This document shows, piece by piece, positions 19,665-28,557 of a stretch of 64,000 nt of DNA. Under the pieces are notes generated by a model. It ran no database searches, was not told where the DNA came from, and saw only the letters and a program-made list of their open reading frames with translations. This DNA comes from an uncultured cyanobacterium. GTDB lineage: Bacteria; Cyanobacteriota; Cyanobacteriia; Leptolyngbyales; Leptolyngbyaceae. The stretch covers positions 1-64,000 of the forward strand of contig CAVYAN010000026.1 of the NCBI GenBank assembly GCA_963766075.1, read 5' to 3'. The translations under genes were made by a program, and so were the position numbers. Each line of letters starts with the position of its first letter. Position 1 is the stretch's first letter.

Positions 19665-21023
19665 TTAGCAGTCCAACGTATTCTCCAACTCCCAGGGACT
19701 AATCCGCGTACTGTAGGCGTGCCATTCTTGGTGCTTAAGCGTCGTGTAAGCTTTGACGAATTCCGGCCCCAGCAGAGGCGGCAGAATCGTATCGGCCTCA
19801 AGTCCGCGCAGGGCATCCAGCAAATTCGTGGGCAGATAGCGCACTTTGTCCGCAGGCAAAGGATCCGTATAGGCATTGTTGTCATGCCGAGGCCCGGGAT
19901 CGCGCTGGTGCTGCATGCCATCCAATCCAGCGGCAATTAGCGCGGCTGGCAGCAGATAGGGATTGGCCGACCCGTCCGCCAAGCGAAACTCAAAGCGGCC
20001 CGGTTCAGGAATGCGGATACTGTGGGTGCGGTTATTGCCGCTGTAGCTAATCGTGTTGGGAGACCAGGTGGCACCAGAAGCCGTAATCGGCGCATTGATC
20101 CGCTTGTAGGAATTGACTGTGGGATTGGTCAAGGCACAGAGCGCCGGAGCGGAATGCAGCACGCCGCCAATGAAATGGTAGGCCAAGGACGACAGCCCCA
20201 GTTCTCCCTGGGCATCTTCAAACAGGTTGCTGTTGCCGTCGAGGTTCCAGACAGACAGATGCGTGTGGCAGCCGTTGCCCGTCAGGTGGGGAAAGGGCTT
20301 TGGCATGAAGGTGGCCCGCAGGCCGTGCTTTTCAGCGATCGCCTTGACCATGTATTTAAAAAAGGCGTGGCGATCGGCAGTGACCAAGGCATCGTCGTAG
20401 GTCCAGTTCATTTCAAACTGGCCATTGGCGTCTTCGTGATCGTTTTGGTAAGCGCCCCACCCCAGCAGCAGCATGGCATCACAGATTTCGGCAATGATGT
20501 CGAACTGGCGCATCAGTACCTGCTGGTCATAGCAGGGCTTACTGGCGCGATCGCCCGCATCGGCAATTTGGGTCCCGTCCGCCGCCAGCAAAAAGTACTC
20601 GCATTCCACGCCCGTGCGCACCCGATAGCCCAGGGCAGCGGCCTGACTCAGGACTTGCTTCAGCACCAGGCGCGGGGTTTGGGCCACGGGTTGCCCATTC
20701 ATGTACAGATCGGCGGGCATCCAGGCCACGTCGGGCTGCCAGGGCAGTTGGATCAGGCTGGCGCGATCGGGAATCGCCAAAATGTCCGGATCCGCAGGGG
20801 TCATATCCAACCAGGCAGCAAATCCGGCAAATCCGGCTCCGTTGGCCGCGATCGCATCAATCGCTTGGGCGGGCACCAACTTCGACCGCTGGGTGCCAAA
20901 CAAGTCAGTGAAGGAAATTAGAAAGTAGCGAATGCCGCGATCGCGGGCAAGATCGGACAGAGGCACATTGGAGAGGGACAGATCGGACAGAGGCAGATCG
21001 GACAGAGGCACAGGTTGAGTCAT
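19665..21023 (-). CDS. glnT: GlnT-type glutamate-ammonia ligase (gamma-glutamylmethylamide synthetase-like)
   Basis: YFLISFTDLFG...KLVPA, GAGFAGFAAWLD, YQNDHEDANGQFEMNW, ATFMPKPF, NPTVNSYKR and GNNRTH. Confidence 0.88.
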   Translation of the reverse strand: MTQPVPLSDLPLSDLSLSNVPLSDLARDRGIRYFLISFTDLFGTQRSKLVPAQAIDAIAANGAGFAGFAAWLDMTPADPDILAIPDRASLIQLPWQPDVAWMPADLYMNGQPVAQTPRLVLKQVLSQAAALGYRVRTGVECEYFLLAADGTQIADAGDRASKPCYDQQVLMRQFDIIAEICDAMLLLGWGAYQNDHEDANGQFEMNWTYDDALVTADRHAFFKYMVKAIAEKHGLRATFMPKPFPHLTGNGCHTHLSVWNLDGNSNLFEDAQGELGLSSLAYHFIGGVLHSAPALCALTNPTVNSYKRINAPITASGATWSPNTISYSGNNRTHSIRIPEPGRFEFRLADGSANPYLLPAALIAAGLDGMQHQRDPGPRHDNNAYTDPLPADKVRYLPTNLLDALRGLEADTILPPLLGPEFVKAYTTLKHQEWHAYSTRISPWELENTLDC

Positions 21024-21166
21024 AGATGGAGTGATCCGGAAGGGGCAACCAAAATTTCATGTAACACTGTAATCCATCCGATCAACTATCTTTGGAATAT
21101 AGGCTGCTTTTTCAGGTGAAAAATCACAGCGAGAAGAGGCTGCTGACACAACCAATTGCCCCGGCA

Positions 21167-22150
21167 TCACGGCATGGCCCCGCCCGGTGACTCGGCCCCC
21201 GGCTGCCGCAACCCGTGAATATCTGCAAGAGAAAGTCCCGTCACACGAGCAATCGCCTCATCCGTCATCACGTCTAGCAATCGTTGGGCGATTGCAAGCT
21301 GGGCTTCCTGTTGCCCCTGCTGTTGCCCCTGCTGGAGTCCTTGCTGGAGTCCTTGCTGGAGTCCTTGCTGGAGTCCTTGTTGCAGTCCCTGTTGGAGTCC
21401 TTGCTGGAGTCCTTGTTGCAGCCCTTGTTGCAGTCCTTGGCGCGTGGCTCGAGTAATCGCACCCCGCTGGTCTTGAATAAATATCATCTGATGCTCCAAC
21501 TCGTCCAATTCCTCTGGACTCAGGCTCGCTTGATTGGCCATGGCAAAGGCTTGCTGAATCGCCGCCACATCGCCCATCGTCGTCGGCACAACACTCAAAT
21601 CCCGCGCATGTTGCAGAAAGTAAATCCATTTCTCGGTTAACGTGCTCAATTGTTCTAGCGGTTGCTGAAACTTGGGCAATTCCACAAACACCAGCTCTAA
21701 GTCGTCCACAGGATAGTCAATTAAATGCTGTTTCTCCTTGAGAATGAATCGGCTAATTACCGGCTCGATCTCGGGGAACATGATGAAATCCGTAATCGTC
21801 AGCGCAATCACCGGATTGAGGAGGGGATAATCCTCTCCGGCTTTTAACTGAATTGAATACGCCTTAGCCGCGTTATAGAGAATGCGTTTTTCAAAGCCTT
21901 CGACATGCAATACTTGCATTTCAATAATCACCGTTTCGCCCGTCACCAACTTGGCCTTGATATCCAAATAGGTATTTTTGACCCCCAGAATTTTGGGAGC
22001 CTGGTAGGGGTTGAGAATATCCAGATCTTGGATGATCGATCGCCCCTCGTAGAGCATGCCATTCAAAAAGCTGATCAAAATCCCATGACTCTGGTCGGAG
22101 CCAAAGATTTTTTTGAAGGCGAAATCGGTTTTGGGGTTGATGAAAATCAT
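21167..22150 (-). CDS. Rpn-family recombination-promoting nuclease / PD-(D/E)XK putative transposase
   Basis: INPKTDFAFKKIFG, LDIKA, IIEMQ, FVELPKF, EKWIYFL and a (QQGL)n tail. Confidence 0.92.
   Translation of the reverse strand: MIFINPKTDFAFKKIFGSDQSHGILISFLNGMLYEGRSIIQDLDILNPYQAPKILGVKNTYLDIKAKLVTGETVIIEMQVLHVEGFEKRILYNAAKAYSIQLKAGEDYPLLNPVIALTITDFIMFPEIEPVISRFILKEKQHLIDYPVDDLELVFVELPKFQQPLEQLSTLTEKWIYFLQHARDLSVVPTTMGDVAAIQQAFAMANQASLSPEELDELEHQMIFIQDQRGAITRATRQGLQQGLQQGLQQGLQQGLQQGLQQGLQQGLQQGLQQGQQQGQQEAQLAIAQRLLDVMTDEAIARVTGLSLADIHGLRQPGAESPGGAMP
21308..21439 (-). repeat. 12-bp tandem repeat encoding QQGL/QQGQ (about 11 units)
   Basis: TTGCTGGAGTCC-like units on the + strand. Confidence 0.9.
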
Positions 22151-22263
22151 ACGGGAGCCAGAGCAATGAGGGCTTGATGATGATCTTATCAAATCCGCAG
22201 GGGGCGGCCTGCACGTGATAGGCATAGGCGATGTCCTATGCCCGCTTCATGGCAATCGCTAAT

Positions 22264-23307
22264 TTAGCGGGCCAGCAAGTCCTGGACCGCTTGGCGAATA
22301 AAGGCCGCATCCGGGGGATTTTGGTAGGGATTGCCGGCTCGGTGTCCCCAGATGGAGGGAATCGGGCGATACTCTGCCCCGGGGATCAGCGCCGCTTCGG
22401 CGGCACAGTCTTCAGGGGTGAAATAGAGATCGGTAGTGGCGGGCATCACCAGGGTCCGAGCCGTAATTGATTTTAGGGCTTGGTTATAGTCTCCTTGGTA
22501 GAGCGCATTATGGCTCACATCGCAGGCCAACCACGTATCAATCATGGCCATTAAGTTCCGGGGATCGCGTTTGCGATAGTTCACCTCCCAGCCTCGCCAG
22601 AGATAGTCATCCAGAGACTCATAGCCAAACGGCTCGTAAAGCCGTGCCCGATAAAAGGCCGGAGACGCGGCCCAACTGGCATAGATGCGGGCAAAGGTGC
22701 GAAAGCCGCGATCGGGAATGCCATTGAAGCGATCGCCCGTCCAGGCTGGATCGGCGGTCAGGGCGCTGCGGAGGCTTTCTAGAAAAATTCGGTTGTGGTC
22801 GGTGGTGCGGGCGGTGCCACAGAGGGCGGCAATCCGAGCCACGCGATCGCCATACAGCGCCCCCCAGTGATAGGCTTGCTGCGCCCCCATGGACCAGCCA
22901 TAGACCAGCGCCAATTGCTCAATGCCCCAAATCTGGCGGAGCAATTGCTCCTGCGCCCGCACATTATCCCCATGGGTAAACCAAAAGCCATTCTCCGTTA
23001 AGCCACAGGTCTCACAATTACTAGGAGAACTGGACAAGCCATTACCAAACATATTAGGAATGACAATAAACCAGTCGCTGGGATCGAGAATGCCACCGGG
23101 ACGAATGAGCCAATCGATATCGGAGTGCTGAGCGCCGTAGGACGTGGGATAGAGGATAACGTTACTGCGATTGGCATTCAGAGTCCCATAGGTTTGATAA
23201 ACAAGCTGAGCCTGGGGGAGAACCCGGCCACACTGGAGGGCAAAGTTCTCCAGGACGAACCGTTGTCCAGCATCCTGTCCTGTTGGGGGCATGGCAGCGG
23301 TCGTCAT
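22264..23307 (-). CDS. Alpha/beta hydrolase, homoserine O-acetyltransferase-like fold
   Basis: LVYQTYGTLN, NMFGNGLSSSPSN, GWSMG, TDLYF and WGHRAG. Confidence 0.88.
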   Translation of the reverse strand: MTTAAMPPTGQDAGQRFVLENFALQCGRVLPQAQLVYQTYGTLNANRSNVILYPTSYGAQHSDIDWLIRPGGILDPSDWFIVIPNMFGNGLSSSPSNCETCGLTENGFWFTHGDNVRAQEQLLRQIWGIEQLALVYGWSMGAQQAYHWGALYGDRVARIAALCGTARTTDHNRIFLESLRSALTADPAWTGDRFNGIPDRGFRTFARIYASWAASPAFYRARLYEPFGYESLDDYLWRGWEVNYRKRDPRNLMAMIDTWLACDVSHNALYQGDYNQALKSITARTLVMPATTDLYFTPEDCAAEAALIPGAEYRPIPSIWGHRAGNPYQNPPDAAFIRQAVQDLLAR

Positions 23308-24371
23308 ACCGTTGACTGGCTCCCAGTCACGCCGCCTAAGGTGGCGATCATCTGCCGATTGACCCGGAGGTAGCCCACATCAACGTGGGTGAAGTGCGAT
23401 CGCAGCCGAGCATGGGCCGCAGGCAGCGCATGGAAGGGAATCGCGGTGTAGAGGTGGTGTTCGGCATGGAAGGGCATGTTCCACATCAGCCAGCACAGGG
23501 GTGCCCCGGTCAAAGTGGTGCGGGTATTGGTGAAGGGGTTACTGTCCTGGGTACAGCCCGTGTGTTCCGCCAGCAAAATCGCCCGCAGAATCGGTTGGCC
23601 AATTGCCAAGGGCAGCACCCAGTAGAGCAGAAATGCTGGGGGGTAGAAGGCCATGGAGAGGGCGATCGCCCCGGCATAGACTAGCAATTGTAGGCGAGTG
23701 GACTGAATCACCTCGGCGCGGGCTTCCTCCGGCACGAAGGAACAACCCTCCAGGTTGCCTAAGGCAATGCGCCCATGGCCACGCAATTTGCCAATCCACC
23801 AAGGCACCCCGCTGATTTCAATCAGGTATTCTGCCAGGGTGCGGGGTTTGCGATCGCTCAGCTCGGGATCTTTTTCGGGAATTTGGGTGTAGCGGTGATG
23901 CCACTTGTGGTAGAGCCGATAAAAGGTGCTGTTGTAGAACGACAGGATTCCAGCCCACCACGCGACAATATCGTTCAGCCGATTGTCGGCAAAAGCCGTG
24001 CGATGGCCGCATTCGTGCATCGGTGCAAACATTGCGGCCAAGCTGAACCCATAAATCACCAAAGCCGGGAGGGCAATCACCAGATGATGGGTCTGCGTGG
24101 CCCAAAGATATCCACTTAGACCCATCACCGCCAGGTGCCCCAGTAGTTGCCCCAGCCCTTTGGCAGTCGATCGCGCGTTTAAACCACTTAATTCGGCAGC
24201 CGTGAGGACATGCCGAGGGGCGATCTCCGAGGTTCGGTCAGCAACTAAGTTATCAACGGCATCAGGGCCATCAACGGCATCGGGAGGCAGAGCATGGCGT
24301 TGGACAGCAGAAAGTGGATCGGCAGGAAGTGAGTCAGCAGGAAATGGGATGGAGGAGTCGGCAGGAAGCAT
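23304..24371 (-). CDS. Membrane fatty-acid-desaturase-superfamily di-iron enzyme (MocD-like)
   Basis: His boxes HECGH, HKWHH and HAEHH plus LLAEH; 4-bp overlap with the hydrolase gene. Start uncertain (24371 or 24407). Confidence 0.85.
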   Translation of the reverse strand: MLPADSSIPFPADSLPADPLSAVQRHALPPDAVDGPDAVDNLVADRTSEIAPRHVLTAAELSGLNARSTAKGLGQLLGHLAVMGLSGYLWATQTHHLVIALPALVIYGFSLAAMFAPMHECGHRTAFADNRLNDIVAWWAGILSFYNSTFYRLYHKWHHRYTQIPEKDPELSDRKPRTLAEYLIEISGVPWWIGKLRGHGRIALGNLEGCSFVPEEARAEVIQSTRLQLLVYAGAIALSMAFYPPAFLLYWVLPLAIGQPILRAILLAEHTGCTQDSNPFTNTRTTLTGAPLCWLMWNMPFHAEHHLYTAIPFHALPAAHARLRSHFTHVDVGYLRVNRQMIATLGGVTGSQSTV

Positions 24372-24496
24372 GGCAAATGCAAGGAAAAGTAACAAGAGCA
24401 AGGGCACAGAAGTGGATGAACACCCGTCAGGTTTGGAGACCTAATCTCGACCCTTATCCTATCACCGTTGGGGCAAATCGATTCATACTCATTAAC

Positions 24497-24519
24497 AATG
24501 TTTCCTGACAGGATACATT
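24497..24519. promoter_or_regulatory. Palindromic operator AATGTTTCCTG-A-CAGGATACATT
   Basis: 11-1-11 inverted repeat with one mismatch, lying between the divergent desaturase and XRE genes. Confidence 0.65.
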
Positions 24520-24549
24520 TTAGGGGGAATCCCTGCCGCAACGCAAAGG

Positions 24550-25272
24550 ATGCGAGATAATCAGAGTCCATCCGCGATCGCCCCCGCCCCCATGCCTGCC
24601 ACGCCCCAGAACCCCTCCGATCCGACCGCAAGTTTGCCCTCTGAGGTAGCAGCGGAGGCCCTAGGCCATCCGATTGGCGCTGGTGATGAAGATCATCGCC
24701 TGCGGCATTATCTGGGGACAACGATTCGCGATCTCCGCCAAAGGCATAAGCTGACCATTGCCGAAGTCGCGAGCCAAACGGGGATCTCGCGGGGCATGTT
24801 GTCCAAAATTGAAAACGCCCAAACCGCCACGAGTCTGGAAACCTTTGCCAAAATTGCCAAGGCCCTAGGGGTTTCCATGGCGACGCTGTTTCGTCACTAC
24901 AATCCGCCGCAAGGCGGGGCGCAATTGGTCAAGCAGGGCCAGGGCATGGAGGTGGTCCGGCGGGGGACCAAGCGCGGGCATACCTACCACCTCCTGGCCT
25001 ATGATCAAGGTCCCACGAAGCGCTTTGAACCCTTTCTGATTACCATGGATGATGCATCTGAGGTGTTTCCCACCTTCGAGCATCCCGGTCTGGAATTCAT
25101 CCATATGTTGGCGGGAAAGTTGGAATATCGCCATGGGCAATCGACCTATGTGCTGGAACCGGGCGATTCCCTGACTTTTCGGGGAGATGTTCCCCATGGG
25201 CCAGAAACGTTGTTGGAACTGCCGATTCGGTTTTTGGCGATTATTTACTACGGCAGTACTGGAGACCCCTAA
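24550..25272 (+). CDS. XRE-family HTH transcriptional regulator with cupin domain
   Basis: HTH segment ISRGMLSKIEN and cupin motifs FEHPGLEFIHML, GDSLTFRGDVPHGP. Confidence 0.92.
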   Translation: MRDNQSPSAIAPAPMPATPQNPSDPTASLPSEVAAEALGHPIGAGDEDHRLRHYLGTTIRDLRQRHKLTIAEVASQTGISRGMLSKIENAQTATSLETFAKIAKALGVSMATLFRHYNPPQGGAQLVKQGQGMEVVRRGTKRGHTYHLLAYDQGPTKRFEPFLITMDDASEVFPTFEHPGLEFIHMLAGKLEYRHGQSTYVLEPGDSLTFRGDVPHGPETLLELPIRFLAIIYYGSTGDP

Positions 25273-25296
25273 CCCCGCCTCTGGACAACTGGGGAA

Positions 25297-25400
25297 CGGA
25301 TTCGCTGGCTACCCTGCGGGAAGCGAAATAGGACTCCGCTGGCTTCGGCTCTGCTGGCTACCCTGCGGGAAGCGAACTACGGCTCCGCTCAGCCAGCGGG
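25297..25400. repeat. REP-like composite repeat
   Basis: GCTGGCTACCCTGCGGGAAGCGAA x2 and CGGCTCCGCTCAGCCAGCGG. Confidence 0.6.
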
Positions 25401-25499
25401 AGCAGTCTCCCAAGAAAGGCGGCAAGGTCTGATTCCCTACCTTGGCAATCCGGCAAAAGATAGTTCATGATGGGTGGTTGTTTGATTCTCGGAGTTCCT

Positions 25500-26315
25500 A
25501 TGCGATCGCCCCTCCTCACCCTAGCCTTTTTGCTTGTATCAACCCCCGCGATGGCGGCAACCTGCGAGGAGAGCTTTCAAAAGAAAGGAGACTTTTTCAC
25601 GGGAGCCGCGTTTTCGGCTCGGGTTCAGGTTGATGGTCTATCGGTAGAGAAAGCCTTTGCCCAACTCCGCCCCATTTTGGCCCGCGAAGGCATCAAAACC
25701 CTGAGTACGGATTTAACCACTGGCGTCCTGAACGCTGAAAACCCCGCCACTGCTTTTCAGCGCGCCTTACCGATTGATGTTTTTGCTTCAATGGATGGGT
25801 CTTTGCTCAATGTGGAAATGGTTTTCACGATACCCAGCGGCGTTACGGCCCGACGAGATACGGTCAAGGGCTATTTGTGCAGCGCACTCAATCAATTGCT
25901 GCCCAAAACCACGGCCACGGAGTCCCCAGGCAAAACCGACACCACGGCCACCCATGCAGCGCCCATTGCACTTGAGGCCAATGTGCTAGTCAAACAAGTT
26001 AAGGATGCAGCGGATAACCCGGCCCGGATTCGATTGAACTTTATTGGCAAAACCTTTCAAGTCAGTGGCAAGATTCTCGCCATTGCCGATCATGAAGGCT
26101 CCTACACCGTCGCCTTTGAGGGAGGACAGCCTGCGAGTGGCAACCGGGCGACCGACAAAGCGAATGCCGTGATAATTCTATGTACCATGGCAAAAAATCA
26201 GGATGTCACGGTTGCAGCCTTACAAACTAATCAACGTGCAACCTTAGTCGGGCGCTTCCAAGGCGTTGAAAAAACAACAAACACTATCAATCTTCAGGAA
26301 TGCGTTGGAAACTGA
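25500..26315 (+). CDS. Exported hypothetical protein with a probable C-terminal OB-fold
   Basis: Signal peptide ending PAMA; C-terminal DNPA...FIGKTFQVSGKI pattern and paired cysteines. Confidence 0.65.
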   Translation: MRSPLLTLAFLLVSTPAMAATCEESFQKKGDFFTGAAFSARVQVDGLSVEKAFAQLRPILAREGIKTLSTDLTTGVLNAENPATAFQRALPIDVFASMDGSLLNVEMVFTIPSGVTARRDTVKGYLCSALNQLLPKTTATESPGKTDTTATHAAPIALEANVLVKQVKDAADNPARIRLNFIGKTFQVSGKILAIADHEGSYTVAFEGGQPASGNRATDKANAVIILCTMAKNQDVTVAALQTNQRATLVGRFQGVEKTTNTINLQECVGN

Positions 26316-26479
26316 GTTTAGCCCAATGAATACTAAGTCTAGATAATAGGTTTTCCATGCTGTGGCTCCTGCCATTCCAGCGCTGGGGGCAAAGAAGTCA
26401 ACCGGTTTAAGCTGGGTATACAGATGGCTAGAGAGGCAATCTCATCCGTGGCAACCCGTGTGCCCAAAGTGAATCAGCC

Positions 26480-26750
26480 TACAGGGATTGTCGGGAGAGG
26501 GTAGCGCGGAGGGGTGGGTGTTGGTTGGAGAGGTTGTTTTTTGGGCTGGGAAGGTTATGGGGTATAGGGTTGGGAGGATCTGTCGTCAAAGTGGATCCGC
26601 GCATTGTCTGGGATGGGTTTGGGATGGACTGTTTGGGGTGCGGGGGATGATAATTTTGGGTCAATTTGGGGGCTGGATGTTATGATGATGAGAGATTCGC
26701 GCAAATGAACCTTGAAAACTAAATATACCAAGGGTTTCCAAGGCCCCGCC
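26480..26750 (+). promoter_or_regulatory. CRISPR leader
   Basis: Non-coding region ending CGCGCAAATGAACCTTGAAAACTAAATA...GGCCCCGCC next to repeat 1, resembling cyanobacterial type I-D-associated leaders. The 5' boundary is approximate. Confidence 0.7.
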
Positions 26751-28474
26751 GTCGAACCCCCCTCTAATCCCTTTCAGGGATTGAAACCTATCATCGGTAT
26801 GATCCCGTGTCGTAGGTTTGCATGTCGAACCCCCCCAATCCCTTTCAGGGATTGAAACGGGCGTTTTCCAGCATGCCTCAACGAATCGCGCCATGTCGAA
26901 CCCCCCTCAATCCCTTTCAGGGATTGAAACATGGCCCCAACCAACTTAAGTGGATTGCCCCAAGAGGTCGAATTCCCCCCCAATCCCTTTCAGGGATTGA
27001 AACGGCTGAAAACACGACTTGAGAGCGATGATCGATCAAGGGTCGAATTCCCCCCCAATCCCTTTCAGGGATTGAAACAGATTTCGAGGAGCCTCTAAGC
27101 CACCACTACTACCACACTATGTCGAATTCCCCCCCAACCCCTTTCAGGGATTGAAACAATTTCTGGATAGCTGCTTAGGCTAGCCGCAATCGGTCGAATT
27201 CCCCCCCAATCCCTTTCAGGGATTGAAACAGGGTGCTGAATACGTTGGCGAGTAGCTCGCCGACTGGTCGAATTCCCCCCCAACCCCTTTCAGGGATTGA
27301 AACAAATCCGGCGTGATGACTGAAGCCGAAGCTCGTAGCGTCGAATTCCCCCCTAATCCCTTTCAGGGATTGAAACCCAAAATGACAAATTGTCAGATGA
27401 TCCTTACCGACCGTCGAACCCCCCCCAATCCCTTTCAGGGATTGAAACGATCCGGATGCCATCCTTACCCAGCTCAGGGAGTCGGCAGTCGAATTCCCCC
27501 CCAATCCCTTTCAGGGATTGAAACAGGCGGCGAACCATCTTGATAACTTCCTGCCCTGAGGTCGAATCCCCCTCAATCCCTTTCAGGGATTGAAACAAAA
27601 CCTGGTAACCGAGTGTTTACGGCGATCGCACGTCGAATTCCCCCCCAATCCCTTTCAGGGATTGAAACAACAGCTGCACGGCGGATTAATCGCAGTGATT
27701 CCAGGTCGAATCCCCCTCCAATCCCTTTCAGGGATTGAAACAACGCTCAAGCTGGATTCCGCCTGAGCTACTTTCTGCGTCGAATCCCCCCCAATCCCTT
27801 TCAGGGATTGAAACACTCTAAATCGCAGCTGGTGACTCAGCAGCCGCAACAGCGTCGAATTCCCCCCTAATCCCTTTCAGGGATTGAAACAGACGGTTTA
27901 GTAGACGTCGCGCAGGTCTAACGCCGTCGAATTCCCCCCCTAATCCCTTTCAGGGATTGAAACTTCGACCTTCGCCCACTGCCACAGGCCCCCAATGCGT
28001 CGAATTCCCCCCCAATCCCTTTCAGGGATTGAAACTTCAAATTGGCTCTTAGAGCCGCGATTGCTTCAAGTCGAACCCCCCCTAATCCCTTTCAGGGATT
28101 GAAACAGAATCTCCTATGCAAGTGCAATGAATTCATATCCCGGGTCGAATTCCCCCCTCTAATCCCTTTCAGGGATTGAAACTTGTTGAGCTTATGGCAT
28201 CGCCCGTTGCAGGGCTGCTAGTCGAACCCCCCTCTAATCCCTTTCAGGGATTGAAACATATCGCGCCGCTTCCATTCGGCCCGAAACCTCCACGTCGAAC
28301 CCCCCTCTAATCCCTTTCAGGGATTGAAACACCATGACGCTGGGTTCAGACGGTACCGGCGATATTGTCGAACCCCCCTCTAATCCCTTTCAGGGATTGA
28401 AACACATGAAAGTATACACGCTAATCGAGCAAGAAGTGTCGAACCCCCCTCTAATCCCTTTCAGGGATTGAAAC
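26751..28474 (+). CRISPR. CRISPR array, 24 repeats / 23 spacers, type I-D-like repeat, no cas genes in the window
   Basis: Repeat GTCGAA(CC/TT)CCCC(T/C)(C)(T/C)AATCCCTTTCAGGGATTGAAAC, about 35-39 bp, with stem AATCCCT/AGGGATT and a 3' ATTGAAAC; unique spacers of about 34-42 bp. Confidence 0.98.
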
Positions 28475-28557
28475 ATCGTACGCCCAAAATTCAAGGGCAT
28501 TCTGAACCAGGCACGCTATGGTGAAAGCGGAACTGCGCTAGAACCTGGGAGGGAAAA

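Noticed and set aside
21060..21075. Possible NtcA site upstream of glnT
   Set aside because: Only one half (GTAAC) matches GTA-N8-TAC.
21187..21640. Repetitive alternative-frame ORFs (LLES, ARTP, KDSS)
   Set aside because: Shadows of the 12-bp repeat inside the Rpn gene.
26661..27849. Short ORFs with FQSLKGI / VSIPERDW repeats
   Set aside because: They are translations of CRISPR repeats.
1..28474. Transposase plus CRISPR array as a CRISPR-associated transposon
   Set aside because: They are about 25 kb apart with ordinary host genes between, differ in composition, the candidate end at 1877 excludes the array, and no cas12k/cascade/tniQ is visible.
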